Shown here: positions 60,334-64,000 of the stretch, piece by piece | How positions within the stretch are numbered: the stretch's first letter is position 1 | Layout of the letters: every line of letters begins with the position of its first letter | From: Nitrosopumilus sp. | GTDB lineage: Archaea; Thermoproteota; Nitrososphaeria; Nitrososphaerales; Nitrosopumilaceae | Direction of reading: 5' to 3' | NCBI GenBank assembly: GCA_965249555.1 | Contig: OZ252243.1 | Coordinates: 480,001 to 544,000, forward strand | Length of the DNA stretch: 64,000 nt | Program-made: the position numbers and the translations under genes | Notes under the pieces: generated by a model | The model's input: only the letters and a program-made list of their open reading frames with translations | The model's database searches: none | What the model was told of the DNA's origin: nothing

Positions 60334-60537
60334 ATTACTTAGATTTTATTGTTATCTATGAAATAGTCGTAACAAAGCGATCTTGATGAATAGTTTACAT
60401 CAATCGGCTCTGGTCAATCTAGGTGATCTGACATAATATAGAGATGCGGATCTCTCTGAATTGAATTTCATGCTGAACTTTCCCCATACAGATCACCAAA
60501 ACCATACAGTACATATTTTGGGGGATTCCGACTTGAT

Positions 60538-61643
60538 AGACGTTATACGAAATCTTTTTCATATCTTGTAATGTATACCTACTGTTGGGCCTGAGAGTTG
60601 AATGAATACTGCCATGTACAAGGGCGTTACACAGACTAACTCGTAGTGAGCGGAAAACAAAATACCACATAGATGGCAAATGGGAGCATTCCGCTAGATC
60701 AGGCAATTTGATCAAAAAGGAGGTGATGGTATGATCAGCATAGGAATTAATATTCACAAGAAGAAATGTGTTGCAACAAAACAGGAATCCAGAAAGAAGC
60801 TAGAGCAGACAAGCTTTGATAATACAACAAATGGAATAATGGGTTTTATCAAACATATCAAAAAGACATATGGCAATGACATACAGGCAGTGTGCGAATC
60901 AACTGCAAACTATTGGATCAGACTACATGACACGCTAGAAGAGACTGAATCGCGTACAAAGTGTCTCAAGACACAAAAACATGATTTATGCAATACTTGC
61001 AAAATATGATTACACCCACAAAGACATTCTCGCAGAAAGGAGTACGATGGTTGCATGAAATTAATCTGATAGAATGGTAATGGATGCATATCTTGATACT
61101 ATAGATATGATGCAAAAACAGATCAACACACTTGAGATAAAGATTGCAGCAATTAGCAATGAGGATGAGAAAACAAGACTACTAATGACCATTCCTGGAA
61201 TAAACTATGTCACGGCATTGACAATAATTTCAGAGATAGTTGACATCAGCAGATTTGCAACTGCAGAAAAACTAGTCTCATATGCAGGACCTGCACCATC
61301 GCACAGTAATGCAGATGTGCACAGGGGAGGCGGAATAACAAAGAGGGGTTCTGCATGGTTACGTAACGCAATGGTAGAGGCTGCAAATACTATAGTACGA
61401 TTTGATGAAAGAATGGAATCATTCTATTTCAGAATTGCAAAGAGAAGAAAACAAAGGTGGCAGCTGCAAGACCGGATGCTTGCAATAATCAGGGTACATG
61501 CTAACTCTGAAAGTGTATCGTACACAAAATCATGAACTGACACAGCGAAAGTATAAGATGCAAGACATATCTGAGATGTCCTGATTCAGCAAAGCACGCT
61601 AGTAAGTGTCCTCAGTAGGGTTGGAGACGATTTCGTATGGGAG
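60538..61643 (+). mobile_element. IS110 family B element, internally deleted and frameshifted, with ~185-bp upstream non-coding end
   Basis: IGINIHK, CESTANYW, IPGIN; sub-terminal IR ATACGAAATC/GATTTCGTAT; AG at both ends; AAGGAGGTGA RBS. Confidence 0.82.
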
Positions 61644-62775
61644 AACCCTGAATGATGATACTCCAGCAGACAGGACAGGAATCAAAATCAATGGAAAAAA
61701 CAAGGGGTTGACTTTAATACAAAATGCAAGTAATAGCAGATAGGCATTAGATTTTGATAAAGAGTATGAATGTAGTAAATGTAAGTGAATCCATTATTGG
61801 ATTCTTAGATATGGGTTTATCCCAGATTGAGAATGTGTCCTTACTGGACACCAAAGGAGGAAGACATGAGCAGTTTTACAATCTCTCGTCTCTGGAATAA
61901 TAGTTCTAGTCATAGATAAAATACTTGAAATATTATTTTAGAGCATGGCGAAAGCCATTTTTTTTAATTCGAAATACACGTAAGAAATAACTACTCAAAA
62001 CTATATCTATTCAATAGGGAGTTAGGAAAATTCAAGAAATTACTGAAAAATATTGAAGAAGACATTAAAGAAAATGAGAAAAGAAATGAGTTTCAATTAC
62101 CTTTGATGTTTTTGATGGATAAATTTGAGATGAATCTAACTATGGTTACTTTGAAACTCCCAACACGTACATTTTTGAAGCCAAAGAGATGAAAATTACG
62201 TATAGACTTACTATCAAATTTGATGAAACCATTGACAATATCTTTGCAAAAACAGATCTAACAAATGCAATTAAAGATCTAAAATTACAAATGATTCAGT
62301 CTTAGATCCAACCCCCGAAAGTAAACAAGAATAATTTTGTGATCTAAACCACTCAGATTACCCAGAACCCTATTTTCCTATTATTTTAGATTCGAAACAT
62401 TTTGGCAAACCCCTCACTTTAGCCATATCTTGTGTTATCTAGTTAGCATTATCTAAATTTTCAGACGTGGATTAGATCCATTTTCTAAAATCTCTATGAT
62501 GGTGCTCAATTATTTTACAGCAAATAATTGTAATAACAAATCAGACGCAAGTCCACGTCTTAAATAACAGCTCTTTCTTTTAACAAATAGAATTTGAGTA
62601 TCTTCTATTTTGAACAAACAAAAGGATTTGTACCTACTACAATGATTGAGCTAATAGTTGAAAACAGATATGAATTACCGTTTTATTCTTTTCCACAAAC
62701 CTACGAATCATGGGTGTGTCCCTTTTATGGTAAAGAGAAGTAATATATGGTTAATCGGAGAGTTGATTTCGTATA

Positions 62776-63309
62776 ATGCGTAAACAGATAATGCGACAAA
62801 TTACAGATAACCTCAATACTATGGAGGCTACTGGAAAAGTTGATCTAACAATACTAAAAGATCTAAATGTACTTAGAGATTTTCTTAATCAGCTTAAACA
62901 TAAATGGTTAGAAAATAAGAGTAGTGATGGATACTATTTCTATCAAGGATTACGAAACATAGAATTAATGCTAGACAAAATGCAAAAAAGATTTGAAACA
63001 TCTCAAGAAAATCACGACAATCCAAAAATAGCTGAAGACTCTTTAATACTGTTTAGTAGAGTCGATGATTTAATACAACTTACTGAATCTGATAAAATAA
63101 CTAACGAAACAATAAACGAAATTTTGAGCAAAACTAGAGATCTAAGAAATATTGCAGCACATCAAAATCTAATAGAGCCACCAGAAATTGACAAAGAGTT
63201 AATTGATAAAGAAAATGTTCGCTATAACTTCAATAAAGTAATGCAAAGTTTAGATATCCCAATTGAAGAGCCAATAGCGGTTGACGAAGAATCACAAAAT
63301 AATAGTTGA
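62776..63309 (+). CDS. Helical protein with HEPN-like RxxxxH motif
   Basis: LRNIAAH near the C-terminus; overlaps the PIN gene. Confidence 0.45.
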   Translation: MRKQIMRQITDNLNTMEATGKVDLTILKDLNVLRDFLNQLKHKWLENKSSDGYYFYQGLRNIELMLDKMQKRFETSQENHDNPKIAEDSLILFSRVDDLIQLTESDKITNETINEILSKTRDLRNIAAHQNLIEPPEIDKELIDKENVRYNFNKVMQSLDIPIEEPIAVDEESQNNS

Positions 63310-64000
63310 TACAAACGTCATAGTAGCTGCTAGTATTTTAGTAAATATTACAGAATTAAACATAAATGTCAAACATCATTTTTATGATCAATCAAGAAGA
63401 CTTTTTAGTATTTTTGAAAAAAGACCTAAAGAACAAATTGGAATCTCAGTTCCAACTATGAGATCAGAAGCATTTCTAGTGTTATCAACAGCTGTAAAAA
63501 GTAGTTTTATTGGGAATAATTATGTTGATATCAAAACTAAAGAAGCTTTTTACAATGACGCAGTTGCTTTGACAAGCTTATGCGAACATAAGATGAGATA
63601 TTTATTTTCTCTATTGCTTAACAAAACTCCAAAGAAAAGTGATACGCGCAGAAATTTTCAACAAGTAAAGGATATGTCAATTTATCTCAAAGATCTATGG
63701 CATACCAAATATCGAGGTAGGCATAAAAAAGAAATACAGTCAAAACAACGAGCGAAACCCATAACAACAGAACCTAGATGGAATGACGAACAAAAAAAAG
63801 AGGTGGTAAACACGTATAGGTCACAAGTTATGATTGAAGGAAAACAATTGGAACGGTTTATGAAAAAATATCCAAATTTAGGTGATGAACGGATTTTGGC
63901 TGAAACAATATCTGTGAAACAAGATTATGAAAAAATCAATGAAGATTATCAGTATTATATTGCATCGTGTGATGTGGGATTTTTCTCCCCTCTAATCTAT
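63281..64000 (+). CDS. PIN-domain ribonuclease (runs off the window end)
   Basis: Hand translation open for 240 codons: IIVDTNVIVAA, RSE, GDERILAE, IASCDVGF. Confidence 0.8.
   Translation, partial: MTKNHKIIVDTNVIVAASILVNITELNINVKHHFYDQSRRLFSIFEKRPKEQIGISVPTMRSEAFLVLSTAVKSSFIGNNYVDIKTKEAFYNDAVALTSLCEHKMRYLFSLLLNKTPKKSDTRRNFQQVKDMSIYLKDLWHTKYRGRHKKEIQSKQRAKPITTEPRWNDEQKKEVVNTYRSQVMIEGKQLERFMKKYPNLGDERILAETISVKQDYEKINEDYQYYIASCDVGFFSPLIY

Noticed and set aside
61650-62700. Possible genes in the AT-rich stretch
   Set aside because: Only broken short frames; no supportable call

Overview
AT-rich archaeal DNA, most consistent with Nitrosopumilaceae (Thaumarchaeota). The evidence is a type IB topoisomerase, the rpl21e-rpo4-DUF655-ksgA-hemK cluster and an intron-containing tRNA. 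Bases 1-10.6 kb are core genome. The rest is a heavily eroded accessory island. It holds two paralogous giant FN3/Ig-repeat surface proteins (1903 aa and 5952 aa), two IS110/IS1111 families, IS66, IS630, IS1595 and IS5-like remnants, MITEs, several toxin-antitoxin loci, GmrSD, an HsdS remnant, a truncated tyrosine integrase, ParB and two tRNA-like elements. The best novelty candidates are: (1) a coupled operon of a loop-shortened ribosomal protein uS10 paralogue and a class III adenylate cyclase next to GmrSD; (2) an archaeal IS1111-type element whose non-coding end carries readable target (ATGTATC) and donor (AGTTATC) guides, with its target also present in the IS66 terminal repeat; (3) a G11 phase-variation candidate and module shuffling in the giant adhesins; (4) a tRNA-like gene whose leader repeats its own anticodon arm; (5) a COMM-like/DUF5678-like/aspartyl-protease operon. 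All calls were made by eye from motifs and no database searches were run.
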